Below are positions 1 to 10,513 of a DNA stretch of 64,000 nt, one piece after another. The DNA comes from an uncultured Muribaculaceae bacterium. Its GTDB lineage: Bacteria > Bacillota_I > Bacilli_A > RF39 > UBA660. Every line of letters begins with the position of its first letter. Within the stretch, counting starts at the first letter, position 1. The notes under the pieces are model-generated. The model saw only the letters and a program-made list of their open reading frames with translations. It did not search any database and was not told the DNA's origin. The DNA lies in contig CAZGWM010000001.1 in the NCBI GenBank assembly GCA_964529195.1, positions 19,294 through 83,293 of the forward strand, read 5' to 3'. Both the position numbers and the translations under genes were made by a program.

Positions 1-682
1 TATTTATCTTCATTATTTTACTTCTCACCTCATCATTTGGAGCATGAAGTGAGATTGCTAAATTAACCTGGAAATTCTCAAGAGCAAATTTATTTATACC
101 AGGTATTAACCCAGATGTTGATACTGTTATGTGTCTTGCTCCTATTTCTAGTCCATGAGGGTTATTTATTATTTTAATAAAATTTATTACATTATCATAA
201 TTATCAAATGGTTCTCCAATTCCCATTATAACAACACTATCAATTCTTTCTTTTAATTCTTCTTCAACAAGTATTATTTGCTCTACCATTTCATGAACTT
301 CTAAGTCTCTTATTTTTCTTAATCTTCCGCTTTCACAAAATGAGCAACCTATATTACATCCTACTTGAGAAGATACACATATACTATTACCATAGCTTTG
401 TTTCATTAAAACTGCTTCAATAAAATTATCATCACTTAGTCTAAATAAGTATTTAGATACATCCTTTCCTTTTTGCACCTTTTCTACTTTTAAAGATTTT
501 ATAATGAAGTTGTTTTCTAATTTATTAATTGTATCTTTACTTAAATTAGTCATTTCATTAAATGATGTTTTTTTATGTTTATATAACCACTCAAATATTT
601 GTTTTACTCTGTATTTTTTTTCATTTATATTTATTAATTCTTCTTCTAATTTATCATATGTATAATCATATATATTTTTCAT
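1..682 (-). CDS. rlmN: 23S rRNA (adenine2503-C2)-methyltransferase RlmN, N-terminal ~227 aa; 3' end lies beyond the window start
   Basis: Minus-strand translation from ATG at 682 gives MKNIYDYTYDKLEEEL...QVGCNIGCSFCESGRLRKIRDLEV... with the radical-SAM CxxxCxxC motif and RlmN/Cfr-type N-terminal domain. Confidence 0.8.
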   Translation of the reverse strand, partial: MKNIYDYTYDKLEEELININEKKYRVKQIFEWLYKHKKTSFNEMTNLSKDTINKLENNFIIKSLKVEKVQKGKDVSKYLFRLSDDNFIEAVLMKQSYGNSICVSSQVGCNIGCSFCESGRLRKIRDLEVHEMVEQIILVEEELKERIDSVVIMGIGEPFDNYDNVINFIKIINNPHGLEIGARHITVSTSGLIPGINKFALENFQVNLAISLHAPNDEVRSKIMKIN

Positions 683-738
683 ATTTCACCAAATTAAGTA
701 TATCAAAATAAGGCTTTAAACGCTAGTTTAAGTGTCAA

Positions 739-765
739 TTAAAAAATCACTTAGTAAGTGATTTA
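739..765 (-). terminator. Rho-independent terminator after the AI-2E transporter gene
   Basis: Palindrome AATCACTTA-G-TAAGTGATT (745-763) followed on the minus strand by TTTTTT. Confidence 0.6.
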
Positions 766-1971
766 TAATTTTTCTATTTCCTTATAATCTTCTGTTTTAG
801 TTGGAAGTTTTTTTGTTTTTAATTTTTTAGCTAAAACTTGGCTTGCATATCCATATATAATAGCAAAAAGTGGAACTCCTGCGATCATTCCGATAAGGCC
901 AAAGGCACCACCAAATACAACAATTGCAAATAATACCCAAAAGCTTTTTATTCCTGTTTTCATTCCGTATAATTTTGGTTCGATTAAATATATTTCAACC
1001 TGCTGAATTGCGATTAAAAATATTACTACTAACCAAAATTTATCAGGTGCTTGAAGTAAAATTATAAGTGCACTTGGAATTGCTCCTATAAATGGACCAA
1101 AGTATGGAATTATATCTGTTATTCCAACTAATAGACCAATTAGTAAAGCATATGGTACTTTAAATAGTGTTAAAAATGTAAAGGTCATTGTAGCTAGAAG
1201 TAAACATACAGTTAGTTTACTTGTTATAAATCCACCAAATACTTTATTAGCATTGTTAAATTCATCAATTATTTTATTTACTTTCTTTTTATCAAAAAAA
1301 GCATACATTACCTTTTTAAGCTGCGCTTTAAAGTTTTCTTTATCATATAGAAAATATATTGATATTACAAATCCCATTACTAAGTTAAAACCTGTTTTTA
1401 TAGCGACAAATATACCACTTGAAAATATCATTACCCATTCATCTATTTTTGGCATTACTAAATTATTAGCTGTATTTAATAAATATTTGGTTATTTTTTC
1501 ATAGTTATTTAATACAATTGTTTTTAAAGATTCATTATTTTCAATTATATTTAATAAGTATGTTTTAGTTTGCTCTAAATATGCAGGCATATTTATAATT
1601 AGTAATTCTATACTTTTAAGTAATTCCGGTATTATAAATGATAGTGTTAATATAAAAAACGATATTACTAAAAGAACCACTAAAGTAACTGATGAAAATC
1701 TTGAGATTTTCTTTTGTTTTTCTTCATTTAGTTTAGTTTTACTATATAATTTATCAAATATTTTTCTTTGAAAGAGCTTAACAGCTGGATTTAAAAGATA
1801 TGCAAAAATAAATCCAAGCATAAATGGAGTAAATAATTTAAATAAGACCATAAATACTTCATATAATTCTTTTATATTTAAAAGCATAAATATAAATAAT
1901 ATTAGTGCAGCTATTATTAAAAATATTGTTACTCCTAGTTTAAAATATTTTTCTTCTTTAAGGTTTTTCAT
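763..1971 (-). CDS. AI-2E family (UPF0118/PerM-like) membrane transporter
   Basis: 402-aa polytopic membrane protein with typical AI-2E topology and a conserved C-terminal region (...GLLVGITDIIPYFGPFIGAIPSALI...). Confidence 0.7.
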   Translation of the reverse strand: MKNLKEEKYFKLGVTIFLIIAALILFIFMLLNIKELYEVFMVLFKLFTPFMLGFIFAYLLNPAVKLFQRKIFDKLYSKTKLNEEKQKKISRFSSVTLVVLLVISFFILTLSFIIPELLKSIELLIINMPAYLEQTKTYLLNIIENNESLKTIVLNNYEKITKYLLNTANNLVMPKIDEWVMIFSSGIFVAIKTGFNLVMGFVISIYFLYDKENFKAQLKKVMYAFFDKKKVNKIIDEFNNANKVFGGFITSKLTVCLLLATMTFTFLTLFKVPYALLIGLLVGITDIIPYFGPFIGAIPSALIILLQAPDKFWLVVIFLIAIQQVEIYLIEPKLYGMKTGIKSFWVLFAIVVFGGAFGLIGMIAGVPLFAIIYGYASQVLAKKLKTKKLPTKTEDYKEIEKL

Positions 1972-2599
1972 ATGTTATTTCTCCTATTTTATTTATAAGT
2001 GGTAAGTTTCTAGTTTCTTCATAGTACTCTGTATCAAACATTATATGTTTTAATTCTTTTTTATTTTTTAGTTTAATGCTTTTTATTTTTTTATTTCTTG
2101 TTTTATTAGTTACATATTTATATGCTGTTATTATTCCAAATAAACCTGCTATTATCGATAATATTGGTATTATATTTAATATATCCTTTTTTATAAATAT
2201 ATTTATCATTGATAGAATAATAACACTTGATAATATACCTGTTTTTATTTTACCTATTTTAATGCTTTCAATAATATCTCCTTTAAGTGTTTTTATTATA
2301 TTTATTATCACTATTATTATTTCAGTTATTACTGGAAATATCATTATTGGATGATTTTTAGTTATTACTAAAAGGGCAGCTATTGCAAGTAATTTATCTG
2401 CTGCTGCATCAGCTAAGCTACCAAATAAAGATGTAACTTTTAATTTTCTAGCTAAAAATCCATCTATATAATCAGTTAGAAATAGTATTCCAAGTATTAT
2501 TATAACAATTTTCATTTTGAAATAATGATTAAATAGTGGAAGCATTATTATTCCAAGTAATCTTATTATTGTAAATGAGTTTACTATTATCTTTTTCAT
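1958..2599 (-). CDS. pgsA: CDP-diacylglycerol--glycerol-3-phosphate 3-phosphatidyltransferase (CDP-alcohol phosphatidyltransferase family)
   Basis: CDP-OH phosphotransferase motif DYIDGFLARKLKVTSLFGSLADAAADKLL; multi-TM; 14-nt overlap with the upstream gene. Confidence 0.8.
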   Translation of the reverse strand: MKKIIVNSFTIIRLLGIIMLPLFNHYFKMKIVIIILGILFLTDYIDGFLARKLKVTSLFGSLADAAADKLLAIAALLVITKNHPIMIFPVITEIIIVIINIIKTLKGDIIESIKIGKIKTGILSSVIILSMINIFIKKDILNIIPILSIIAGLFGIITAYKYVTNKTRNKKIKSIKLKNKKELKHIMFDTEYYEETRNLPLINKIGEITYEKP

Positions 2600-2600
2600 T

Positions 2601-3149
2601 TTACCTCTTACTTATATTTATTTGGTAGTTATTATTTTCTTCTGTTATTGTTATTTTATATATCATTTCTTCATCTGTGAATATAGTATATACTTTTTCT
2701 TCTATTTCGTATATATATTTTATATTATTTGCTTCTTTTTTTATTTTTGAGTGTTTATCTTTAAGTATTGTTAATATTTCTTTTGGAAATAAGTAAGATG
2801 TATTTATGTTTGCTTTTAGCTCTTCTTTTTCTTTTAATTCACTATTTTTATTTTCATATATTATGTTATCTTTTATTTCTATTTTTGTATTATTTACCTC
2901 TCCAGTAAAGATGTCATTTATTATAATTCCTTTTAAAATAAAATTTTCATTTTTAATATATTCTATATTTAGATCTAATCCAAGTTCTTCTTTTTTTTCA
3001 GAGTAAGTTTTTGTGCTTATTTCTTCTTTTATTTCATTTTGATTTATTTTTGGTAAGATAAATATAATTGAGAAAAATATAATCCAGCCGCTTAATCTAA
3101 TTAATGCATTATATCTAGGTATTTTATATAGTTCTTTTAATGTTTTCAT
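2601..3149 (-). CDS. hypothetical membrane-anchored protein
   Basis: 182 aa with an N-terminal TM segment and a Lys/Glu-rich extracellular part; 4-nt overlap with fmt (translationally coupled). Confidence 0.5.
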   Translation of the reverse strand: MKTLKELYKIPRYNALIRLSGWIIFFSIIFILPKINQNEIKEEISTKTYSEKKEELGLDLNIEYIKNENFILKGIIINDIFTGEVNNTKIEIKDNIIYENKNSELKEKEELKANINTSYLFPKEILTILKDKHSKIKKEANNIKYIYEIEEKVYTIFTDEEMIYKITITEENNNYQINISKR

Positions 3150-4078
3150 TTATTTACCTCTTTATTTAAAAAGGATTCTTTTTCAGTTCCGTTAAAGAAG
3201 TCAGATACTTTCATTAATTTTTTTCCCTTTGGTTTTATTTCAGTTATATTAATTGCTTTATCTTTAGCCATGATCACCATGCTTGTTTTATCTACTTCTA
3301 TTATAGTGTTTGTTTTTCCTTTTTTATCTTGAATTGTGCATTTACCTATTTTGTACTCCATATTATCAACTGTAAAATACGGAAGAGGATCTGGGCTCAT
3401 TGCTTGATATAAGTTATATACTTCTTTAGCGGTTTTGTTAAAATCGATTTTTTCATCTTCTCTTTTAATAATTGGTGCAAATGTTACTTCATTTATGTTT
3501 TGTTTTTCTCTTTTATTTGTTTTATTTATTATTTCAGGTAATATTTTTATTATCATTTTTGATCCAAGAAGTGATAATTTTTCTTCAAGAGTTTTGATAT
3601 TATCTTCATTTGTTATTTCAATTTCTTCCTGGTATATGATATCTCCACTATCCATTTTTTCATCCATATACATTATTGTTATACCTGTTTTTTTATCTCC
3701 ATTTAAAATAGCATGATGAATAGGTGCTCCTCCTCTATATTTAGGAAGAAGTGATGCATGAATATTTATGCATCCATATTTCGGCGTATCAAGAACTTCT
3801 TTTGGTATAAACTGACCATATGCACATGTTATTATTATATCTGGTTTTAAGTTTATTATTTTTTCATAGTCTGTTTTTATATTATCTGGAGTAAATACTT
3901 CTATATTATAAGACTTTGCTAAAAGTTTTACTGGTGATGGTTTTAGCTCTCTTTTTCTTCCATATGGAGCATCTTTATTTGTTACAACCAAATCTACATT
4001 AGTATTTTTTATTAATTCTTCAAGTGGTTTTAGGGAAAACTCTGGTGTTCCCATGTATATTACTTTTAGTTTTTCCAT
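3146..4078 (-). CDS. fmt: methionyl-tRNA formyltransferase
   Basis: MEKLKVIYMGTPEFS...; formyl transferase N- and C-domains (..HASLLPKYRGGAPI..). Confidence 0.9.
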   Translation of the reverse strand: MEKLKVIYMGTPEFSLKPLEELIKNTNVDLVVTNKDAPYGRKRELKPSPVKLLAKSYNIEVFTPDNIKTDYEKIINLKPDIIITCAYGQFIPKEVLDTPKYGCINIHASLLPKYRGGAPIHHAILNGDKKTGITIMYMDEKMDSGDIIYQEEIEITNEDNIKTLEEKLSLLGSKMIIKILPEIINKTNKREKQNINEVTFAPIIKREDEKIDFNKTAKEVYNLYQAMSPDPLPYFTVDNMEYKIGKCTIQDKKGKTNTIIEVDKTSMVIMAKDKAINITEIKPKGKKLMKVSDFFNGTEKESFLNKEVNK

Positions 4079-4112
4079 TTTTACACCTCTTTTTTAGTAT
4101 ACACTAAAAAAT

Positions 4113-4142
4113 ATAAAAAACCCAACTTATTTAGTTAGGTTT
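4113..4142 (-). terminator. probable terminator of nrnA
   Basis: Imperfect hairpin AACCCAACT-TATT-TAGTTAGGTT with a U-tract on the minus strand. Confidence 0.4.
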
Positions 4143-5101
4143 TCTTTATATTCTTTGCATCTTTGATCTAAATCATTAAATAACTTATCAACATTTTCTT
4201 CTTCTAAAATTCGAGCACCTGATGCAAATTTATGTCCTCCACCGTTATAGTTTGATGCAACATCGTTTATAATAGGTCCTCTACTTCTTATATTTATTTT
4301 GAACTGTTTAGTATTATTGTCATATGATGAAAATGCCCATGCATATATCCCTTTTATAAAGTTGAAATTATTTACCATGTTAGATGCGGCTGATGAATCT
4401 ACTTTAAATTCTTTTATTTCTTCTTCAGTTAATTTAATATAGCCAAATCCATTTTCAGTTACTATCATATTTAATGTTATAAATGATTGGAATTTAACTT
4501 CATTAAGTGGTCTTTCATATAAGTTATTATATAGTGTTTTTAAGTCTAATTTATATCTATCTATTATTTCACTCATTAGTTCAAATGTATGTGAGCTTGT
4601 TGTTGGTAGTAAAAATCTATCACTATCTGCAACAACACCAGTAAATAATTGAGATGCTACTATTTCATTCATCATTAGTTTACTTGAGTTTATTAAATCA
4701 AGCACTATTTCACTTGCTGATGATGCAGTTTCATCTATATAATCATACTTACCCATTGTTTGCTCGTATGGATGGTGATCTATTTTTAGTATTTCTTTAT
4801 ATTTTTCTTTATTTGCTCCATCTAATCTAGATAAATTAGGAAGATCAACTACAATTAGTAGTGCGTCTTTTACTTCTTCTTCATCTATTTTATCAAGTGT
4901 TCCTAGATGTTTAAATTTTGCAACACTTGCTCCTACTGCGTATACTTTTTTGTTTGGAAAAGTTAATCTTATTGAATCTCTTAATCCAAGCTGACTTCCA
5001 ACAGCATCAGGATCAGGTCCGATATGTCTTCCTATTACAATTGTTTCATATTCTTTTATTTTTTTATATATTTTTCTAAATGCTTTACTTTTATTATTCA
5101 A
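4127..5101 (-). CDS. nrnA: DHH/DHHA1 phosphoesterase, NrnA-type oligoribonuclease / pAp phosphatase
   Basis: DHH motif (IDHHPYEQ) and DHHA1 GGGH motif (NGGGHKFASGA). Confidence 0.8.
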   Translation of the reverse strand: MNNKSKAFRKIYKKIKEYETIVIGRHIGPDPDAVGSQLGLRDSIRLTFPNKKVYAVGASVAKFKHLGTLDKIDEEEVKDALLIVVDLPNLSRLDGANKEKYKEILKIDHHPYEQTMGKYDYIDETASSASEIVLDLINSSKLMMNEIVASQLFTGVVADSDRFLLPTTSSHTFELMSEIIDRYKLDLKTLYNNLYERPLNEVKFQSFITLNMIVTENGFGYIKLTEEEIKEFKVDSSAASNMVNNFNFIKGIYAWAFSSYDNNTKQFKINIRSRGPIINDVASNYNGGGHKFASGARILEEENVDKLFNDLDQRCKEYKENLTK

Positions 5102-5110
5102 ATGATCCTC

Positions 5111-6289
5111 CTACTTAATTAAAGTATATGTATCTGATGCGATCATTAATTCTTCATTTGTTGGAATTACGTATACTAAAGTTTTACTTTTATCTTTTGA
5201 TATAAGAGTTTCTTTTCCTCTTACATTGTTTTTCTCATCATCAATATATATTCCTAGTGGTGATAGTTTATCGATTATATTTTTTCTAACATCAATTGCA
5301 TTTTCACCAACTCCAGCAGTAAATATAATTGCATCTGCCCCACCTAGTTGAACATAGTATTTTGCTATGTAATCTACTACTTTATTTACATATATATCAT
5401 TAGCAAGAATACATCTTTCATCTCCTGCTTTAATTCCATCTTCTATATCTCTTGAATCAGATGATACTCCGCTTATACCAAGTAGTCCGCTTTGTTTATT
5501 TAAAATATCATCTACCATTTCAGCTGTGATACCTGTTTCTTTCATCATGTATGTTACAACCGTTGCATCAATATCACCACATCTAGTTCCCATCATTAAT
5601 CCAGCATTAGGAGTAAATCCCATTGATGTATTAACACATTTTCCACTATCTACAGCAGATATACTAGCTCCATTACCAATATGACATGTTATTATTTTCA
5701 AATCTTTTTTATCAAGAATTTTAGCTAATCTCTCAGATACATATTGATGACTTGTTCCGTGAAATCCATATTTTCTTACATTGTATTTTGTATACCATTC
5801 ATATGGAAGTGGGTATAAATAATATTCTTTTGATATTGTTTGATGAAACGCAGTATCAAAAACTAGTGTATGTCTTGCATCTTTAAATACTTCTGCAGCT
5901 GAGTTATGAGCTATAATTGCAGCTGGGTTATGAAGTGGCGCAAGTGATGATAAGTCTTCAACTATTTTCATGTTTTCTTTTGTTGCAAGGACTGTTTTAT
6001 CAAAGTATGATCCTCCCTGAACCATTCTATGACCTATTCCTTCAATTTCATTTAAATTATTAATAATTTTACGATCAAGTAGTTCTTTTACTATTAATTC
6101 AAAAGCCACTTTATGATCCGGTAAGTCTATTTCTTTTTTTATTTTTTCTCCATTTAGAGAAAGAGTGTAAAATGATTCTTTTAGACCAATTCTTTCAAAT
6201 ACTCCTGATACAATTTCTTTTTCTTCTGGCATATCAAATAATGTAAATTTTAATGATGATGAGCCAGCATTTACGCTTAATATTTTCAT
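5111..6289 (-). CDS. ackA: acetate kinase
   Basis: MKILSVNAGSSSLKF... acetate/propionate kinase signatures; 392 aa. Confidence 0.9.
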   Translation of the reverse strand: MKILSVNAGSSSLKFTLFDMPEEKEIVSGVFERIGLKESFYTLSLNGEKIKKEIDLPDHKVAFELIVKELLDRKIINNLNEIEGIGHRMVQGGSYFDKTVLATKENMKIVEDLSSLAPLHNPAAIIAHNSAAEVFKDARHTLVFDTAFHQTISKEYYLYPLPYEWYTKYNVRKYGFHGTSHQYVSERLAKILDKKDLKIITCHIGNGASISAVDSGKCVNTSMGFTPNAGLMMGTRCGDIDATVVTYMMKETGITAEMVDDILNKQSGLLGISGVSSDSRDIEDGIKAGDERCILANDIYVNKVVDYIAKYYVQLGGADAIIFTAGVGENAIDVRKNIIDKLSPLGIYIDDEKNNVRGKETLISKDKSKTLVYVIPTNEELMIASDTYTLIK

Positions 6290-6346
6290 TTTCTTTCTTC
6301 ACCTATTTGTAATTTTAACATATTAAATTTAAAAGTTCTATGAAAT

Positions 6347-7531
6347 CTAAAGGATACTTTCAAACTTCGTATCATTTGACGAAATTTTTATTACTTCAAT
6401 ATTTTGGATTGCTTCTTTTATCATTTCTTCATATGGAATATACTTTTCATATTTATATGCTTTACTTGAAACCGGATTTATTACAGGATGATCTGGAACA
6501 AATATAGTGCAGCAATCTTCATATGGAAGGATTGATATTTCATATGCACCAATTTCTTTGGATACATTTACAATATCAATTTTATCAAAACAAGAAAGTG
6601 GTCTTATAACTGGCATTTTCACTACTTCGTTTATAACACTCATGCTTGTTAAAGTTTGACTAGCAACTTGTCCAATTGACTCGCCATTAAATAATGCGCG
6701 CGCATTTATGTTTTTAGATACTTCCTCACTTATTCTATACATCATTCTTCTCATGATTGTTATCATATAATCATGTGGTATTTCTTTATAAATAGCTTCC
6801 TGGATTTTAGTGAAGTTTACAACATGAACATTTATATCTCCACCATACTTTGTTAATACTTTAGCTAAATCAAGGACTTTATTTTTAGCACTTTCACTTG
6901 TATGAGGGGGACTTTCAAAGTATATAGCACTTAACTTAACTCCTCTTTTAAGAGCATAAAAACCTGCTACCGGAGAATCAATTCCACCACTTAGCATTAG
7001 CATTCCTTTTCCTTGAACACCAACTGGATACCCACCCATACCTTTTATTTTATCAAAGTAAATATATACTTTATTATTTTGTCTTATTTCTATATTAATT
7101 AAAAGTTCAGGATTATGAACATCTACCTTAGATTCTTTATGTTCATCTAATATAGCACTTCCTAGTTTTCGGTTTACTTCCATACTATCAAGTGAATATT
7201 TTTTTTCACTTCTTTTAGTTTCTACTTTAAATGTTTTTATTTTTTTTTCTTTTAATAACTCTATTACTTTTTCTTTTATATGCTCAAAATTATTATCATA
7301 AAGTTCATATCCAACATTTATTTCATGAATTCCAAATATTTTAGTTAATTTATTTATTACTTCTTCATGGTTATTAGTATATATAAACATTCTACCTCGG
7401 TCTGAGATAATACTATGATTAATGTTTTTTAGATTTTCTTTTATATTTCTTTTTAGCAGATTAATAAAAAAAGATATATTCCCTTTTTTTGTAGTCAATT
7501 CTCCATATTTAATTATTATTAATTTTTCCAT
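6347..7531 (-). CDS. thiI: tRNA 4-thiouridine(8) synthase ThiI
   Basis: THUMP domain plus PP-loop (LMLSGGIDSPVAG); 394 aa. Confidence 0.85.
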   Translation of the reverse strand: MEKLIIIKYGELTTKKGNISFFINLLKRNIKENLKNINHSIISDRGRMFIYTNNHEEVINKLTKIFGIHEINVGYELYDNNFEHIKEKVIELLKEKKIKTFKVETKRSEKKYSLDSMEVNRKLGSAILDEHKESKVDVHNPELLINIEIRQNNKVYIYFDKIKGMGGYPVGVQGKGMLMLSGGIDSPVAGFYALKRGVKLSAIYFESPPHTSESAKNKVLDLAKVLTKYGGDINVHVVNFTKIQEAIYKEIPHDYMITIMRRMMYRISEEVSKNINARALFNGESIGQVASQTLTSMSVINEVVKMPVIRPLSCFDKIDIVNVSKEIGAYEISILPYEDCCTIFVPDHPVINPVSSKAYKYEKYIPYEEMIKEAIQNIEVIKISSNDTKFESIL

Positions 7532-7540
7532 TTAAACTCC

Positions 7541-8671
7541 CTAATTTAATTTATTTAATTTTTCATATAAGCTATCAAATACATTTAAGAAGATATTTAT
7601 TTCCTCATCTGTTGTTTCATGTGACAAACTTATTCTTATAGTACTTAATGCTCTTTTTTTATCTTCATAAAGATTATAAACACTTGCACTTATCTTACCA
7701 CTTGAGCAGGCAGTATTTGTCCCGACAAATATGTTATGCTTTTCAAGAGCATGAAGCATTGTTTCAGGTTTTATATTAATTAAACTTATATTTAAAATAT
7801 GAGGTATTGAATATGTTGTTTGGTTTATTAATATATCTTCGTGCTTTTTTAAATAGTTTTTTATTTTAGTATTGTATTTAGATACTTTTAATTCCTTTTT
7901 ATCTAAATCACTCATTCCAATTCTAACTGCTTTTGAAAGAGAAGCAATTAATGGTAGTGGTGGTGTGCCTGGATTTAAGTCATTATTTGAGCCATATAAA
8001 AGAGGTGTAATATTTATACCTTTTTTCTTATATAAAATTCCAATTCCTTTAGGTGCGTATATTTTATGTCCACTAAAAGAAGCTAAATCAACATCATTTA
8101 AATTAATTGATGTTTTACATAATCCTTGAGTTAAATCACTGTGAAAAATAATGTTTTCATTTTCTTTTTTTATTACTTGTCTTATTGTTTTAAGAGGCTG
8201 CTTTATTCCTAGCTCACTATTAACTCCGCATATACTAACTAATATAGTATCTGAATCTATTAGTTTTTTTAAATGATTAAAATCAATTACACCATTTTGA
8301 TCATTATTAACATATTTTATATTAAAACCTATTGATTTTAAATAATCACATATTCCATATACTGAATCATGTTCAAGTTTTGATACGATAATTGTTTTAC
8401 CTTTTTTTTCTTTTGATAATGCGGCTCCAATTATTGCCATATTATTAGACGCAGTAGCGCCACTTGTAATAATAACTTCATCAACCTTAACTTTTAAAAT
8501 ATCAGCAATTTGTTTCATTGCTTCATTTAATAGTTCTTTTGATTTTACGCCTAAACTATGTAAACTATTTGGGTTTCCATAATATTCTTTTGTTACTTTA
8601 TTATAACTATCAAGTACATCTAAATGTACTGGAGTAGTTGCTGAATAATCTAAATATATCACACTAATCAC
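7541..8671 (-). CDS. cysteine desulfurase (NifS/NifZ-like, aminotransferase class V), partner of ThiI
   Basis: YLDYSATTP..., PLP-lysine region SFSGHKIYAPKGIGIL; adjacent to thiI as in the B. subtilis nifZ-thiI pair. Confidence 0.85.
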   Translation of the reverse strand: MISVIYLDYSATTPVHLDVLDSYNKVTKEYYGNPNSLHSLGVKSKELLNEAMKQIADILKVKVDEVIITSGATASNNMAIIGAALSKEKKGKTIIVSKLEHDSVYGICDYLKSIGFNIKYVNNDQNGVIDFNHLKKLIDSDTILVSICGVNSELGIKQPLKTIRQVIKKENENIIFHSDLTQGLCKTSINLNDVDLASFSGHKIYAPKGIGILYKKKGINITPLLYGSNNDLNPGTPPLPLIASLSKAVRIGMSDLDKKELKVSKYNTKIKNYLKKHEDILINQTTYSIPHILNISLINIKPETMLHALEKHNIFVGTNTACSSGKISASVYNLYEDKKRALSTIRISLSHETTDEEINIFLNVFDSLYEKLNKLN

Positions 8672-8725
8672 CTATAAATCATTATACAGTTAAAAGATGT
8701 AATTGTAAATTTAATATAAAAAAGC

Positions 8726-8756
8726 ATATCATTTTTGATATGCTTGAATTAATTTT
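8726..8756 (-). terminator. Rho-independent terminator after ezrA
   Basis: Perfect 10-bp stem AAGCATATCA-TTTT-TGATATGCTT followed by a U-tract on the minus strand. Confidence 0.7.
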
Positions 8757-10453
8757 TTATGAATTTCAGTATCAACTAAGGAGATTGAGTTAATTGCTTG
8801 TTCAAGTGATTCTTTGTATTCACCATTTCTAAATTTTCTTTCCGCTATGATTAGGCCCTGATTTAAGGTTTTATTTAGTGGTTTAAATTTATTTCCATAT
8901 ATAATTGTATTTTCAGCTAGTTTAGCAGTCTTTATTGTTTCATTTGAAGTTTTATGTAATTTTAAGGCTAAGTCTCTTGCTGTATCTACTCTTGTATTTA
9001 ATAGTCTTATAGATATTGGTTTTTTATTCATTTCAACAAGCATATCATCTACTGCTTCATTTGCTTCTTTTAGGTGAATAAAGTATTCCTCTGGAATAAC
9101 AGGTAGTTTATAGCTGTTAATTCTTTTAGTTGCTTTTTTTAGTATATCTCTTATTTCATCATATTGTTCATGCGCTCTTAGTTCATCTTCTTTTAAACCA
9201 CTTAAGCTTTTTAATGTTAGTTCAAGTTTATCTTCGTTTTTTGATAATCTTAAATTTAAATGTTCTAATTCTTTATTTATTTTAGAGAAAGCAAATGATT
9301 TATTACGATAATTTTCTACTATTTGTTCATAATCATTTTGAATTGTTTTTATATTTATGTTTAATTCATCTATTATTTTTACTTCTTCGTTTGATAAGTC
9401 ATAACTATATTTTATATCTTCTATTTTAGATGATAGTTTAGTTACTATGTTAAGCATCTTTCTGGTTTTAATAGCAACTTTACGCATGTTTTCTTCAAAG
9501 GTTTTTTTACTTAGTTTTTCATTATCAAAATCAAAATAAATTGATTCAAAGTATGTAAGGATTGTTTTTAATTCAAAGATTGAATCAGTTAAATTCAGTA
9601 CTTTTAATCTATCAAATATATCTGCTATTTTCTTTTCGGATTCAGATATATTATAATCGATATTTAAATAATCTAAGTTATAGTTATCTTTTACCATTTT
9701 ATTATGAATACTTCTTACATCATTTATTTTAACTGGGATTAATTTTCTTCCCATTAATATTATTGAAGGCGCTTCATCAACAACTATTTTTAAATTTCCA
9801 ATAGTATCATCAAGTGCTTTAACTATTTTACCTACTTCACTGTAGGCATTTTCTTCCATTGTTTTTTCAAAGGCACTAAATAATTTATCGATATTTTCAA
9901 ATTGAAGTTCGAGAGGTTTTTTTATTTCAGAGTATTCCTCGGAATTTTTATTATACTTCATGTATATATCTCTGTAATCAGATTTTAGTTTTGTTACTAT
10001 TTCTCTATTTTTACTTTCACTTAATGATATTTCTTTTATTTCACTTAAAAGAAAGTCACTCTTTGTTTTTACATAATGTATCTCTAGCTCTAAATCAGCA
10101 ATTGATTTATTTTTTTCTTTAAATTTTCCTTTTTTACAATTTTCTTCAAGTTCAATTAGTTTATCATTTAAATTTGGCATGTCTTTATTTTTTATTATTT
10201 CATATCTACTTTGCCATAATTTATATTCTTTTTCTAATTCTTTATTATTTATTAATGCTCCAACTTTGTTTAATTCATTTTGAATTGCACCAGAAAGTAT
10301 TAAGTTTTTTTCTTTTTCAAGAGTAGATATTATTTCTGCATATTTTTTATTTGTTTTCTTTCTTAGTATAACTAAAACTGTTATTATAAGCGCGATAAAA
10401 ACAAAAATATATACATAACCTAATATTTGATAAATACTATCTGTCATAAGCAT
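8729..10453 (-). CDS. ezrA: septation ring formation regulator EzrA
   Basis: 574 aa with an N-terminal TM segment then long coiled coils; EzrA-type organisation and size. Confidence 0.8.
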   Translation of the reverse strand: MLMTDSIYQILGYVYIFVFIALIITVLVILRKKTNKKYAEIISTLEKEKNLILSGAIQNELNKVGALINNKELEKEYKLWQSRYEIIKNKDMPNLNDKLIELEENCKKGKFKEKNKSIADLELEIHYVKTKSDFLLSEIKEISLSESKNREIVTKLKSDYRDIYMKYNKNSEEYSEIKKPLELQFENIDKLFSAFEKTMEENAYSEVGKIVKALDDTIGNLKIVVDEAPSIILMGRKLIPVKINDVRSIHNKMVKDNYNLDYLNIDYNISESEKKIADIFDRLKVLNLTDSIFELKTILTYFESIYFDFDNEKLSKKTFEENMRKVAIKTRKMLNIVTKLSSKIEDIKYSYDLSNEEVKIIDELNINIKTIQNDYEQIVENYRNKSFAFSKINKELEHLNLRLSKNEDKLELTLKSLSGLKEDELRAHEQYDEIRDILKKATKRINSYKLPVIPEEYFIHLKEANEAVDDMLVEMNKKPISIRLLNTRVDTARDLALKLHKTSNETIKTAKLAENTIIYGNKFKPLNKTLNQGLIIAERKFRNGEYKESLEQAINSISLVDTEIHKKLIQAYQK

Positions 10454-10513
10454 TTCTCCTCTATAATAAATTTTATCATATTTTTTTCATTTTTAATAGA
10501 TTCATCTTTAAGA